Of a stretch of DNA of 64,000 nt, positions 47,301-58,500 are shown in pieces; within the stretch, counting starts at the first letter, position 1, and every line of letters starts with the position of its first letter. This DNA is from Tubiluchus corallicola. Taxonomy: Eukaryota; Animalia; Priapulida. The position numbers and the translations under genes were made by a program. Location of the stretch: positions 1,178,001 to 1,242,000 of the forward strand of contig JAQGDQ010000019.1 in NCBI GenBank assembly GCA_030141605.1. Direction: 5' to 3'. A model generated the notes under the pieces. The model had not been told where the DNA came from, searched no databases, and was given only the letters and a program-made list of their open reading frames with translations.

Positions 47301-49828
47301 TTGCCATTCTGTGACTCCCATGGAGCTTAAACCGCGCACTACATCTGACCAGTTAATACCTGGCTGAACAGTAACTACTCCTTCTGTTGATAACACTTTC
47401 ATCCAACCAACTTCACCACTTGGCGCCAACTCTGAAAAGTACTTTGTTTCCTTGTTGAATCGCTGTTGTGCTGTACTACGCACTCCACCAAATGCTTCAA
47501 CTGGGTCACCATCAAATTCTCCTTTACCAATCGGGAAAGGTCCTATGAAATGCCATTGTTTTATTTCAGTGTTGCTTTGTTGCACAAAGCTTCCAGCTTT
47601 AGCATAAAACTGCTTCTGCAGATCAAGTTTTCCCAATTTGCTATAAATATATCCAAGAAGTGCCCAAGTTGTAGATTTCTTCCATGTTTTAGTAAGAGAC
47701 TGTAGCAAGCACAAAGCAGCTTGTTGATACTAAATATAAAAAACATGTTTTTTTAATTTTTACCCAATTGTAAAGACAAATGTTAGTGCTTTAACTTAGC
47801 TATTGAATTAAGATTGAATGCAAACATAGTTCATCTTTCTGATAGTTACACATTCTTTCTGAGTTTCTTAGAAATGCAGTGTTGCAGACTTACAGTGCAA
47901 TTACTGTTTATAACACCACTAGATAAATGCTTAAAACTTTCTCTAGATATTACTTGAAAATAACTGACAGTGATAAGTTTAAATAATGAATTTTTAATTC
48001 ATTTTGATAATTTCTTATTGTACTCAGCAAACAACCAAGATGCAAATTTTCACAAGATAGTTCAAAATTCAATAAATGCTTACAATTTATGTTATTACAA
48101 TTTTATAAATACATTGTAAGGTCTGCAAAAGAGTTTGCTGTGCAATGGTCAAGAAAGAAACTTTGCTAAACCACTGTGATAGTGAGATGAAATTCTAAGA
48201 AAGGAAGGCAGAAATAAGAATTATTAAATGAAGTTAGAAAGAAACCATAATAACAGAAAACAATGAGTACATGTTCAAGTTAGGCATATTAATATTTTGA
48301 TAATTCATTGATAAGAAAACCACTGTGAACACTATGTGACTGTTACAAATCAACAACCACGTCCTATATTCCCTGTTAAAGGTAAGTATGAAATGTCTGA
48401 TGTTTTAGAAATATCCATGGATTTACCGCTTTTAATATTTGGAGGTAAGCTATTCTATTGCAAGGGGGCTGTGAACTTTAGAAAACATTTTTGTTTACGG
48501 TGAAGCAATAATATACAAGATGTCAAATTATTACTATTATCTCTATAATACTATAGTTCCAAAGAGGCTTGACTTCCATCGCAACCTCTTTAGAGTAGGT
48601 TACGTTAAGTCACTACAATTAGCATTAGCTTATAAACTTTTTTTAAACGAAGGGTCTTTTTGAAATTAGCAATTAATAGGTGAGCCAGTTTTAGGTTGTA
48701 TGGAACCAATCTGCATGCTAAATCATTAACTAACGTTTGGTATGTTTTAAATGGTATAATAAAAAAATTGAATCCATTTTAAAATATGCAGCAGCTGCTG
48801 TATATATTAGATCTAACAATTTTAAAAGTATTTTAACTAGAAATGCAAAATCCAGTTATATTACCTGTTCTTCTGTTATTGCATGCAGGACATCCTCAAC
48901 TTTTTGCCCCCAAGTGCATTCAAAGACAGACTTCAGTGTACTCAATTCTCGATCTACCAGATTTTGCAATTCATTGTGCTGTAACTATAGTTAATCCACA
49001 TGTAGGTTAAATTACAAGTTATAAGTGGCAAAATGTTAACAAATTTTTAAAGGCCAACTGCTGGATCAAAAACGTTTTGTAGGTTTCTATATAGATTCAT
49101 GTAGTAAAGGATCCCACAGTTATAAAATATACTGCTTATTTGTTTACTGCTTCTCAAAAAAACATCCCAAGTGTGGCAGTGAACCTTTAATGCTCTAATT
49201 TTTAACAGAATCAAAAAGTAGTGTTACATAATTATAAGTTATAATTGAGAAGTGGAAAACAATAGCTAAGTAGCCACAATGTGTGCTTCGCAACCAATAT
49301 ATAAATGATAAGTCTAGGCAGTAAATGGTCGATCATACTGAAAATATTTCTGATCTGTTTTATCTGATGTATTAAAGTTGGCTATTTACTTTACTGAAAG
49401 AAGATTTATATGTATCCAAATTCCGAAAGTAGATCAGACACCTCTGGCATTTCACTCATATTTGATTATTTTTGATGAGCTATATTTCAGTCTCACCACA
49501 ATCACGTATATTAAGCAGGCTCTGCCAATAAGTGCTGTATCACGGCTGCAGCGTGATGATCGGTAAAAAATTGAATTTTTGAAATTCGTTCTGTCAAGCA
49601 CTGCTAATGACAATTAAATACATTTTCTGATGCCTTGTTTTCTTTTACATGAAAACCAGGCTAAAATCAACGTTAAGCTAGGCTGTACGTTGTCACAAAA
49701 AATGTACTTTTAGTCTGGCTAAGTAAATCATTTACAACTTAACAGATAATTAATGTTACCTGAATTTCAGCTGTTATAAAAGCTAACAATGGCAAAAACA
49801 ACAAAATCTGACAGATTTTAGATGCCAT
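44364..49828 (-). CDS. Secreted S9 (prolyl oligopeptidase-like) alpha/beta-hydrolase of unknown function, about 989 aa
   Basis: Exons 49760-49828 (MASKICQILLFLPLLAFITAEIQ, signal-peptide-like), 48865-48978 (alternative in-frame acceptor at 48984), 46003-47729 and 44364-45423 join in frame via GT-AG. Motifs: LTLHG, nucleophile elbow GHSMGG, acid in GSNDRTV, His in KEHWW. AATAAA at 44272-44277. Confidence 0.88.
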
Positions 49829-50389
49829 TACAACAAGTAAGCTTGGCGGACAGAAGCTGTAGAGCCTGTGTGACTAGTCAGGAGCTTTTAACCCATCTTA
49901 GTGCATAGCAATCATACATATCTTGTCCGATTGATCTAGAATGAGAACCCAAACATTTTTTTCAAAGAACAATGTTCAGTAACTATCTGAAAACAACACA
50001 TAAAACTGCAACTTCCACAATATGGAGTCTCTAAGCAGTAGACAATTTCCTAAGTTATGCATTGCTTCAACGTAATTGTGAGAAGATAAGCAGGTCAGTA
50101 AATCTAGGATAATGATTAGATTTGTCTGGCACTCATTACACTTATAGCACACTCTAGCTCAGCCCATGGACAGCTGTATAATTATTCTATAAATATAGCA
50201 TGCTTGTAGCTATATCGTCATGGAAATATTAGTGCAGCAGCCATACAGTTTTCATAAAATTAAAGGCAACCACCTATAACTGCAAGCTGAACTGTTTTGC
50301 ATGCTCAAAAATTTAAATACAGCTGCTCTGCCTTATTATAATTTAAAATAGCTTCTTTTATTAATTTAAAATAATCTAAAGCTTATTCA

Positions 50390-50560
50390 TAGAGAATTGC
50401 GTGGTCATGAGTGAAAACTACCTGTTCAGTATTTATGCACAAATACAAGGAAGCACTTTCTCTAACAATGTTGGGCCCAAATAGAACAACCTAGGTAGTA
50501 ATGTTGTTGATGCCCCCAATGTTGAGTCTTTCAAACGAGCACTGAGGGGACTGCGTTGAA
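50390..50560 (+). mobile_element. Short CR1/L2 LINE 3' fragment
   Basis: + frame reads HFLSNNVGPK*NNLGSNVVDAPNVESFKRAL, matching the FSxRVxxxWNxLPxxVVxAxSxxxFK end of LINE ORF2. Confidence 0.55.
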
Positions 50561-50889
50561 AGCATTTGTGTATGCGAGCACTCTCACAACTTTTCAAGTA
50601 AGGATTATTTACTAATGCACACATATTACTGTTCAATTTCGACTTTAAATGGTTTGCCAAAAACTGCCTGTTGCCTGTAAACACGTTTTTCAAATGTAGA
50701 AGTTGCTCGTCGAAATCATAGACCCCGCTCACAGATGTTTATTTATCATACATGATACAGAAAAAAAATTCACAAAACACCAAACACACCATGCTTCTTT
50801 TCATGCCGTATCAAAGATCTTTTTCCTAACACCTAAGCTGTTATCCAAGACGAAAACACGATTCAAAGATTTCTTGTACTGTTATCATT

Positions 50890-51460
50890 CACATGTTAGG
50901 AGCGGAGTATATATCAAGAAGAAAAGTCTTAGCAGTAGCTGCATATTCCAAATTAACAAAAAAAATTGAAAGTAAGAGGATCAGTTTAGATACAAAATTA
51001 ATAATCTTTGCTGCACTTGTGGAAACTGTGTTTCTCTATAACTCAGAATTATGGACAATTAAAGCACAACACGAATCAGAAATTTATGCATTTCAAAGCA
51101 GAAACTACAGGAACATTCTAGGAATAAAATGGCCAAAGAAAATACCAAATCAGGATCTGTACAATAAAGTCAAGGCAGAGCAATGGACTATTAAAATCAA
51201 AAGGAGAAGATTAAGATATATAGGACATGTAATGCGACTACCAGATCACAGTCCATTAAAGTTAGCTTTCAAAGAAGCTCTATAGAAAGAAAAGAAACTG
51301 CAAGGAGGACAGCTGCTGACTTGTGTCAAAAAGATCTTATCAACACACCATTAGATATCAAAAGTACAGAGACATGGGCGGTTGCGGGTGACAGGGCAGC
51401 ATAGAATAAAGTGATCAGGAGGGTCATGTCAAACGACGTGTGACTCCAGAGATGATGATG
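50890..51460 (+). mobile_element. RTE-clade LINE 3' fragment
   Basis: VETVFLYNSELWT..AFQ..YRNILGIKW..IPNQDLY..IKRRRLRYIGHVMRLP, followed by stops/frameshift and a (GAT)n tail at 51451-51460. Confidence 0.82.
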
Positions 51461-51905
51461 GAGTATGACCTTAGTCGAAGCCGGACAATTGGTGTACATG
51501 AGCTAGCCCAAGTAGGATGCGTTGTACATAGGCTGCCCGAGTAGGACACTAAGACAGGTCACGAATATGTCGTTAACCGTACTGGCAGCCCATGTCATTC
51601 TTACCTACCGTTGTCATTCTTTATTTAATAATAATAATTAAAAATGTCAATACTTTAGAATAATTTATTATACATCTGATAAAGTCAAAGAATCTTATTC
51701 TGAGCTGTCCTTTAATTTAGAGCAGAGCCTATTAAGTACTAATAGGTAATGAATAAACAGACCAGCAAAGAAATTGATACAGCAACTTGAGCACTAATTA
51801 TATATTTACAAAAGCCAAATCAGTAATGATTAAGTAGACCTGAATGCTCAGTCATTACCTATTTGGGCTCTTCTTATATAAACTGGTTGTATGTTTGTAA
51901 ATTTA

Positions 51906-51944
51906 CCACTGATGATGACAGCAGCAGCTAGTCGAAACATTTGG
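51906..51944 (+). ncRNA. Minimal type I hammerhead ribozyme motif (Penelope-like element remnant), probably degenerate
   Basis: CCA-CUGAUGA-U-GACAGC(AGCA)GCUAGUC-GAAAC-AUU-UGG: both core boxes, a stem II hairpin and a CCA/UGG stem I; AATAAA follows at about 51983. Confidence 0.6.
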
Positions 51945-52098
51945 CATGATTTTAACTTTTAGCTTTTTAATGTAAAAGTCCTAATAAAGTTGTGTTTTTT
52001 AACTTACCAGTCAAAATTTTTTATAAAAGGTAAAGCAGAGAAAACATTTTATTGATACATTATAATAAAGTAAATAACAATATAATAAAAATTTGTAG

Positions 52099-52555
52099 GT
52101 CTTTTAAAAGCATTTGGTTTACTTTCCTCATGAATGACATACGGAGCTTTTTACTGTCTGCTATACAGCAACGACTTCAGCTGATATTATTGATTAAATC
52201 TAAAATTCAGGTAAGAAATGGCAGAAATATAGCACCTATATATTCATACTTTTAGTATTAGATGTATAGTACATTGCAAAAAAACTGCTGTTCCTGTACT
52301 CGGACATTTATTCTTTGCCTTTTTTGCTGTTTTCTAGTTCTGTTAAAAGCAGTTGGTTTACTTTCCTCATGAATGACATACGCAGCTTTTTACTGTCTGC
52401 CATACAGCAACGACTTCAGCTGATATTATTGATTAAATCTAAAATTCAGGTAAGAAATGGCAGAAATGTTGCTCCTATATTCATTATTTTAGTATTAGAT
52501 GTATAGTACTTTACCAAAAAACTGCTGTTATTCTACTCGGACATTTATTCTCTGC
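52099..52555 (+). repeat. 239-bp-period tandem duplication containing two copies of the TFB2M first coding exon
   Basis: Exon copies 52099-52210 and 52338-52449 (112 nt each, AG..GTAAGA) plus duplicated downstream intron sequence. Confidence 0.93.
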
Positions 52556-55500
52556 TTTTCAAGATTTATCTTGTTTAGAGCTATAATTTTCAGACAAGAA
52601 CATCAGTGTTTTCGTTCACATTTATAATTTCTAACTCCAATATTCAGCTGAGCAATGCTTAATTAGAAAATAGAGAAGCATATGCTTTCTGTGTGTTTGT
52701 TTTTCTGGATATCTAAAATGCATCAGTAATGCAAATTGCAGAACAATCCTTTTCTTTTCATTCTTAAAAATATGAATTAATTTTATTGCCCTGTGTGTCA
52801 AATTTAGGTGAGAAACCTTTGCTCTAAAGCAGTTGCTAAAAAACGGAAACTCCATCCAAAGATTCCCACTGCGGGTTTAGCAGATGTAAGCCCACAGATT
52901 TTGAAAAATCATGGAGACACGCTGTTTAGGAAAAAGAAGCAGTATGATAGTTTGTACATTATTAAAGAAAGTATTGCTGGTAAGTGAACTGTTGTGGATC
53001 TCTACATTATGATTGTAACAAATAACGGGAGATTGTAAATATTAAATTCTTGATAAAAATCGTAGGTTTTGACTCTATGCACAGCACTTTACTGATGTTT
53101 TTTTTACTGTCTTTCACTGTAGTAACACTGATAATTATGTGTGATTAGATGTTTGTACAGTGAGTTTGCACGTGAATATGATTAAGTGATACATACTCAC
53201 TGCTAAATTAGAGAACGCTAAATTCTTTACAAATGTAGTTAAAAGTGATCGGAGGTAGTATTTTTTGTTCTTGTTTGACTTTTTCTGAGTTGTTTGCATG
53301 GTTTGTCGAGAAAAATTTGTTGTCTTGAAACATTTAAAACTTACACTTTGTTTTGCTTAATGAAGTTTACTTGAATAATGTAGTAGTCATTACTGCTGAA
53401 TTTTTTATTATTGACTGAACCTAGAAAGTTTTTACGTGTCAGTATCAGCTTAACTTGAATACAAAATATTTTCCAGATTTAGTCGTGAAACATATGAAAG
53501 ACATGGCTGCTGGTACCCACACAATTTTTGAGATAACACCAGGTAGATAAACAATCAATGGATAAGTTGATAACTTACCCAGCTTTATTTGTTATACATT
53601 TATTTAAGCCTTTTTTATTTCCTGCCCAAATGAAGTCTTTGTACCTGTGAAGTTATTGAGGCTAAGTCAATCATGGGTAGTAATAACGAGGCGATTACTG
53701 CTAGAATGCGCTTGACCTTGACTTTCCCTCTAGCCAGTCTTATAATAGATATCAAACACCTTATATTATATCTCCAGTATCACTGATGCCGACCCTGTCA
53801 AACTTGGCACTTTAGTTTTGCTGGCGAAGTGAAAGGGTTACATAGATATAGTTTACTTTCGCCTTGATATGGAACCTGGATGGGGCCTAATTATTCAGTG
53901 ACTATGTGCTAATCTGATACTTTTATAGTTCCTTGGAAGTTAAGCCATCATATGGCCAAGCTGTGGTCAACAAGTGCTTTCCAAAATGACACCTCAGTCT
54001 TGTTAAATATAGTTCTGTTATATTCATGTAGTTAAAAAGTTTGACATAAAGTTTTAAGTCAGCCAGTTTTTCAAGCAGGTAGTATCACGAGCATATCTTT
54101 ACGTATGACGTATTTTCGTAGCTCAGTTTAATACGACTGATTTGAAATCTGAAGGAAATTGGCGTCACACTTTTTTACCGTGTCAGTTTTTTTTTGTTGT
54201 TGTAAGTTGTATATACAGTGCTACATACTTTTTAACCTTCATAGCTTTTGAACAGTTATTGTTTGTTAAGGTATTTTACCTGTGAAAAAAATTTATCAAA
54301 GTTTCTGCATTATTGTCGTGTTAAACGGGATATTATTTTTGACAAGCTGTTTTAAATGTTTTTTTATATAATAGGTCCAGGTGTTCTGACTAAGAAACTC
54401 TTGCACCTTGGAAATCATCATATACGTGTTTTTGAACCCAGAGGAGAATTTTGGCCTTATATGCAGGTTAGCATATTACAGCATCATTATCAGCTGTGTG
54501 GGTGTTTTGTGTTCATAATATCCCACAGGATGACTGTAACATGCGGTAACTTATATAGAGTTAACAGTTGACAGTTGAAAAACATACATCATTTGCAATA
54601 AAGTTTGAGTATAACCGAAGTAATGTGTTAGTGCTTCAAGCACTTATTGTGAAAGTACAGATTTACTTTTAACGGGCTGGAAAAATCGTTAAGTTAGAAA
54701 AATTTTGTTGTTGCTAAATTGGTCTCATTAAACCAGGATTTACTGTTCTTGGTCATTTTTTGAAATGTAAACAATAGTGCATAGTATTTATGTAGGCAGA
54801 ATCTTCTTGATTTTCCTCTGGTTTATATTATTATTATTCCGCCGTCTTGTTTCTTTAATAACTGACACATGCACAAGCCTCTAGGGTCTCGAAACTCACT
54901 TGGCACACACCCCTGGTTGGGGAATTTTTGTATATGCGTAACCCATCTCCCCTTGATCAAAGGTCATGGAGTGGGTAGGGCTTATTTTTTTTATTCTGGA
55001 TCTCCTCCTACAGTTTTTGACCCAGGGCCACAATTATGTAGTTAGGTGAGATCGAGATCTTGTGCGCGACTGAATATGGACCATTTGATTGGGAAATTTT
55101 TTCAGTATAGGGCAAAAACCAAAATGGAGGTGGTTGGGGACAAGAATCCTTCCAGTGCTGAGTAACAGTAGTGTGTAATATATCAAATGAAAGGCCTCGA
55201 TGAGGCGAATGGAATGATATTTTTGGTAGTTTTGCCGATTTTGGATGATGCTGGACCTCAAGATAACAATATCTGATTTCAGTATTAGAATGTTCGTGAA
55301 ACATCATCGAGAAAAAGTACTCATCGGGCTTGTTATGGGAGTACGCTTTATAAAGAGAAAGAACTTACAAGATACTATAAATTTTTTCTGAACATTCGAT
55401 CGACTAATTACAGGGTAAACATTGCCAAATTCACTGTTAAAACTGGCACTATAGTGTTTGTTAAAAATTAAAACTCGTGCAGATTCTCCTCAACCTAGCA

Positions 55501-58500
55501 ACTAGTGTGCTTATTCTATTTGAAAGTTGTGAGTTCTACTCCCAACTAAACATTTTTTTCGTACTTTTTTGCATCCCTTTTCAATTCACACTGTTTCGTC
55601 AATGTGCAAAATGCTTCTGTCAGGTTTCGCTAATTTCCAAAATTAAAATGATATTTAATTTGTATTTTCCTTAAAATTGGTTTGAATGTACTGGTGTTAA
55701 AATGCTATTAATAGTAAATTATTTTGTAAATTTCTGAAACTCACTAATAATTTGGGAAGGAAATACCTATGTGACCATGTTGGGTGCTTAATGCTTGGGC
55801 TCCCCCATTTTTAATGCCCATTCGTCTTCTGTTGAAGTTATGCATCCGGAAGAAAAGTAGCGCACTGTTAATCTTCATCAAAAGTATAATGTTTTTACAG
55901 AAGAATATATATAGCTTATTTTGTAATATTTTTGCGTGAACATTAGGTGAGCTGCAGAAGTTTGAATTAGTTTAAGTAGCTCGTGCTTGCGGAAAGCCAT
56001 GATAAGCTTACAAAAAGTAACGGAGTCTCCCAGTTACGTCATAACTTTCAGCAGGGCCGGAACTAGATGTGGCAAGCAGGGGGGGGGGGGCCAAAAATTT
56101 TCTGGGGGGGGGGGAGGGGCGATGTATCCGAAGTGGTTAAATAATGGTTAAGCCAATTTTTAACCCCTTTTATACTGCATGCAGGCCTATAATTAGCATG
56201 TGTGTAGGACGGCGTAGCGGACAGCAGTAATGAGAAAATTAACTCTCAATTAACCTAACGTTATTAATGTGCCTCTAACTAAATTGTTATTTACAGAAAT
56301 TTATCACACACAAGTTTTAAGAAAATAATACGCAGGAAATAATGTCAAAATGAAATGTGGAACGATACTTCCTTGGACAAAAAAGTCTAAAGTTTTCAAA
56401 AAGTCTCAAATTTCAGCATGGTACCGCTGCTACACCAGCACCCTATAGCTGTGCACACAGACCTGTTGGCATGTGTATAGAATCTGTGATTGTGTGTGGT
56501 CCCTGTAGGCCTACACTGTGATAGGCATATCTATGCACACTGAGTTTTGTCTGCACGCACACTGAAGCTACCAAACATTTTTTTACATAATTCTAATTCA
56601 TATTGAAAATGATCACATGCGAACTGCAATTTTCACTGCAAAAAAATTATTTGTCCGATTTTGCAGGGGGCGCGCCCCCCTCGCTCCCCCCTAGTTCCGC
56701 CCCTGACTTTCAGCTGAATGGTGTTAACCTGCCTGAAAATTTCTATCCAGACGTTGTACATTTTACATTTATGCTTTATAGACAGTTTTTTTGCAAATTT
56801 CTTTGTTACATTTTTCTAAGATTAAGAGATAATAGTAAAGTAAACCCAACACGCTACATGACTTGTCCTTTCCTTTAATAATTAGATTGGTGTCTAGTCA
56901 CCTGTCAAAAAGTTATACTTTCCATTTTACTAAAATGAAAAGCAATTCTTACATTCTCAAACATGGCGAATTTAATGGAGGCAGTATTTTACCCTTTACA
57001 GCCTTGACTTACAAACCACTAGTAAAAAAGTGACAAGTTCCAAATTCACTGAAGCTTTTAATGTCAAGCACAACAGTACTTACATGATGTTAACTATTTT
57101 GAAAAATATTTTTATTTTAAAAACAAAAGCTGTCACATAAAACATCTCCTGTCACCGAAGCAGAACCTTACCACAGTTTTTGACACAGTCAGAAACGTCC
57201 ACTGTTTTTTATATGTTTCTTACTAAGTTTTTATATTCTTCACAATTACTCTTGTGTGCTTGGATGCATCATCTTACACCAGTCATTAAGAAGCCCCGTC
57301 ATTTCCATTGAGATAGTTCTGCTTGTGGTGATTTTGCCTAGATTACACGTGAACTTTGTTTGGGTATTTGGAACTAATATTGCCAAATTAAATGCAAAGA
57401 ATCCCCAGTAGCTACTGCCTTAACTGCTTGGAGGGAATAGTAGAAATAAAGATGCAAATGTTTGGCATTATTTTCAATTTTTTTCTTTTGTTAGCATTTG
57501 TTAGTCACTTAAATGATTTTTTCCTGTGTAGGAACTTGAATCTTTATATCCTGATCGGTTTTCCTTCAGAACACAAAATCTCAGTAAAATGGCAAGCATC
57601 AAATTGTGTGATGACCACACAGATGGAGATTTGTCTTCTAAACTTATTGAAGGCATCGTGTCTGCTAAGTGGACTGATGGTATGTAAGATGGTAGTTTGT
57701 TGTTGCAAACCTCTTTTACTAACAAAAATTGGCAAATGTCTGATAAGTTATATACGTACAGTTTTTATGCACATTCGGTACATGCAAAAATTTTATTGGT
57801 TTTTCTAAACTTTAAGAAATAGGGACGTTAATAAAATCTAGCGGGCAGACGTGGAAAATCGTGCAGCAATTCAAGAAAACATAGAACATTAAAGCCTAAA
57901 AAGCCAGCTAATTGTAATCATTGGTGCTAGGGGCCTGCAAACACACCACTGTAAAAAAGTAAAAAAAAAGTTTTATTTGAAAGTAATGAATTCTGCTTCT
58001 CTTTTGATTTTAAGATCCTCCTGTAAGAATTGTTGGTGCTATACCACTGTGTCGAGAACAAGCTCTGCTGCGTTTTTTACTGTCAAAGATAGCAAGTATG
58101 TCCGGAATCTATAGTTTGGGGAGGTGTGAATTGTGTTTGTTTATGCCTGGAAACGAATACAAGGTATTTTTATAATTATGACACCTGTTCAAAACTGCGA
58201 CAAAAACTTTGTCTCAAAGGGAGATACAAAATCAAACGAAAGTAATTTCACTAACATTCTTATTTTGTATAATAATTTTGCATTACAGAAAATGTGTATG
58301 AATTTTGTATAATTGCTCATTATTTGCCAATATATCATTGCTAGAATATATATAAATGTTTATTGCTTATCACAAGAACTTTGCAAATTGAAAACAAATT
58401 AGCTGGCATCTAATGATAGTTGAATTAATGAACTCTAAAATTCTATATAATTTTGAGTACAATCTCGGAACCCCTGTGTTACAAATTTGTTATATGCCCT

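Noticed and set aside
44364-47714. Two separate genes (403-aa and 571-aa ORFs) as suggested by the ORF track
   Set aside because: They join in frame through a GT-AG intron (46002-45424, TG|G = Trp) into one protein.
57120-57390. Minus-strand KYPNKVHV resembling a Tc1-like transposase motif
   Set aside because: Too short, with immediate stops and no DDE context.
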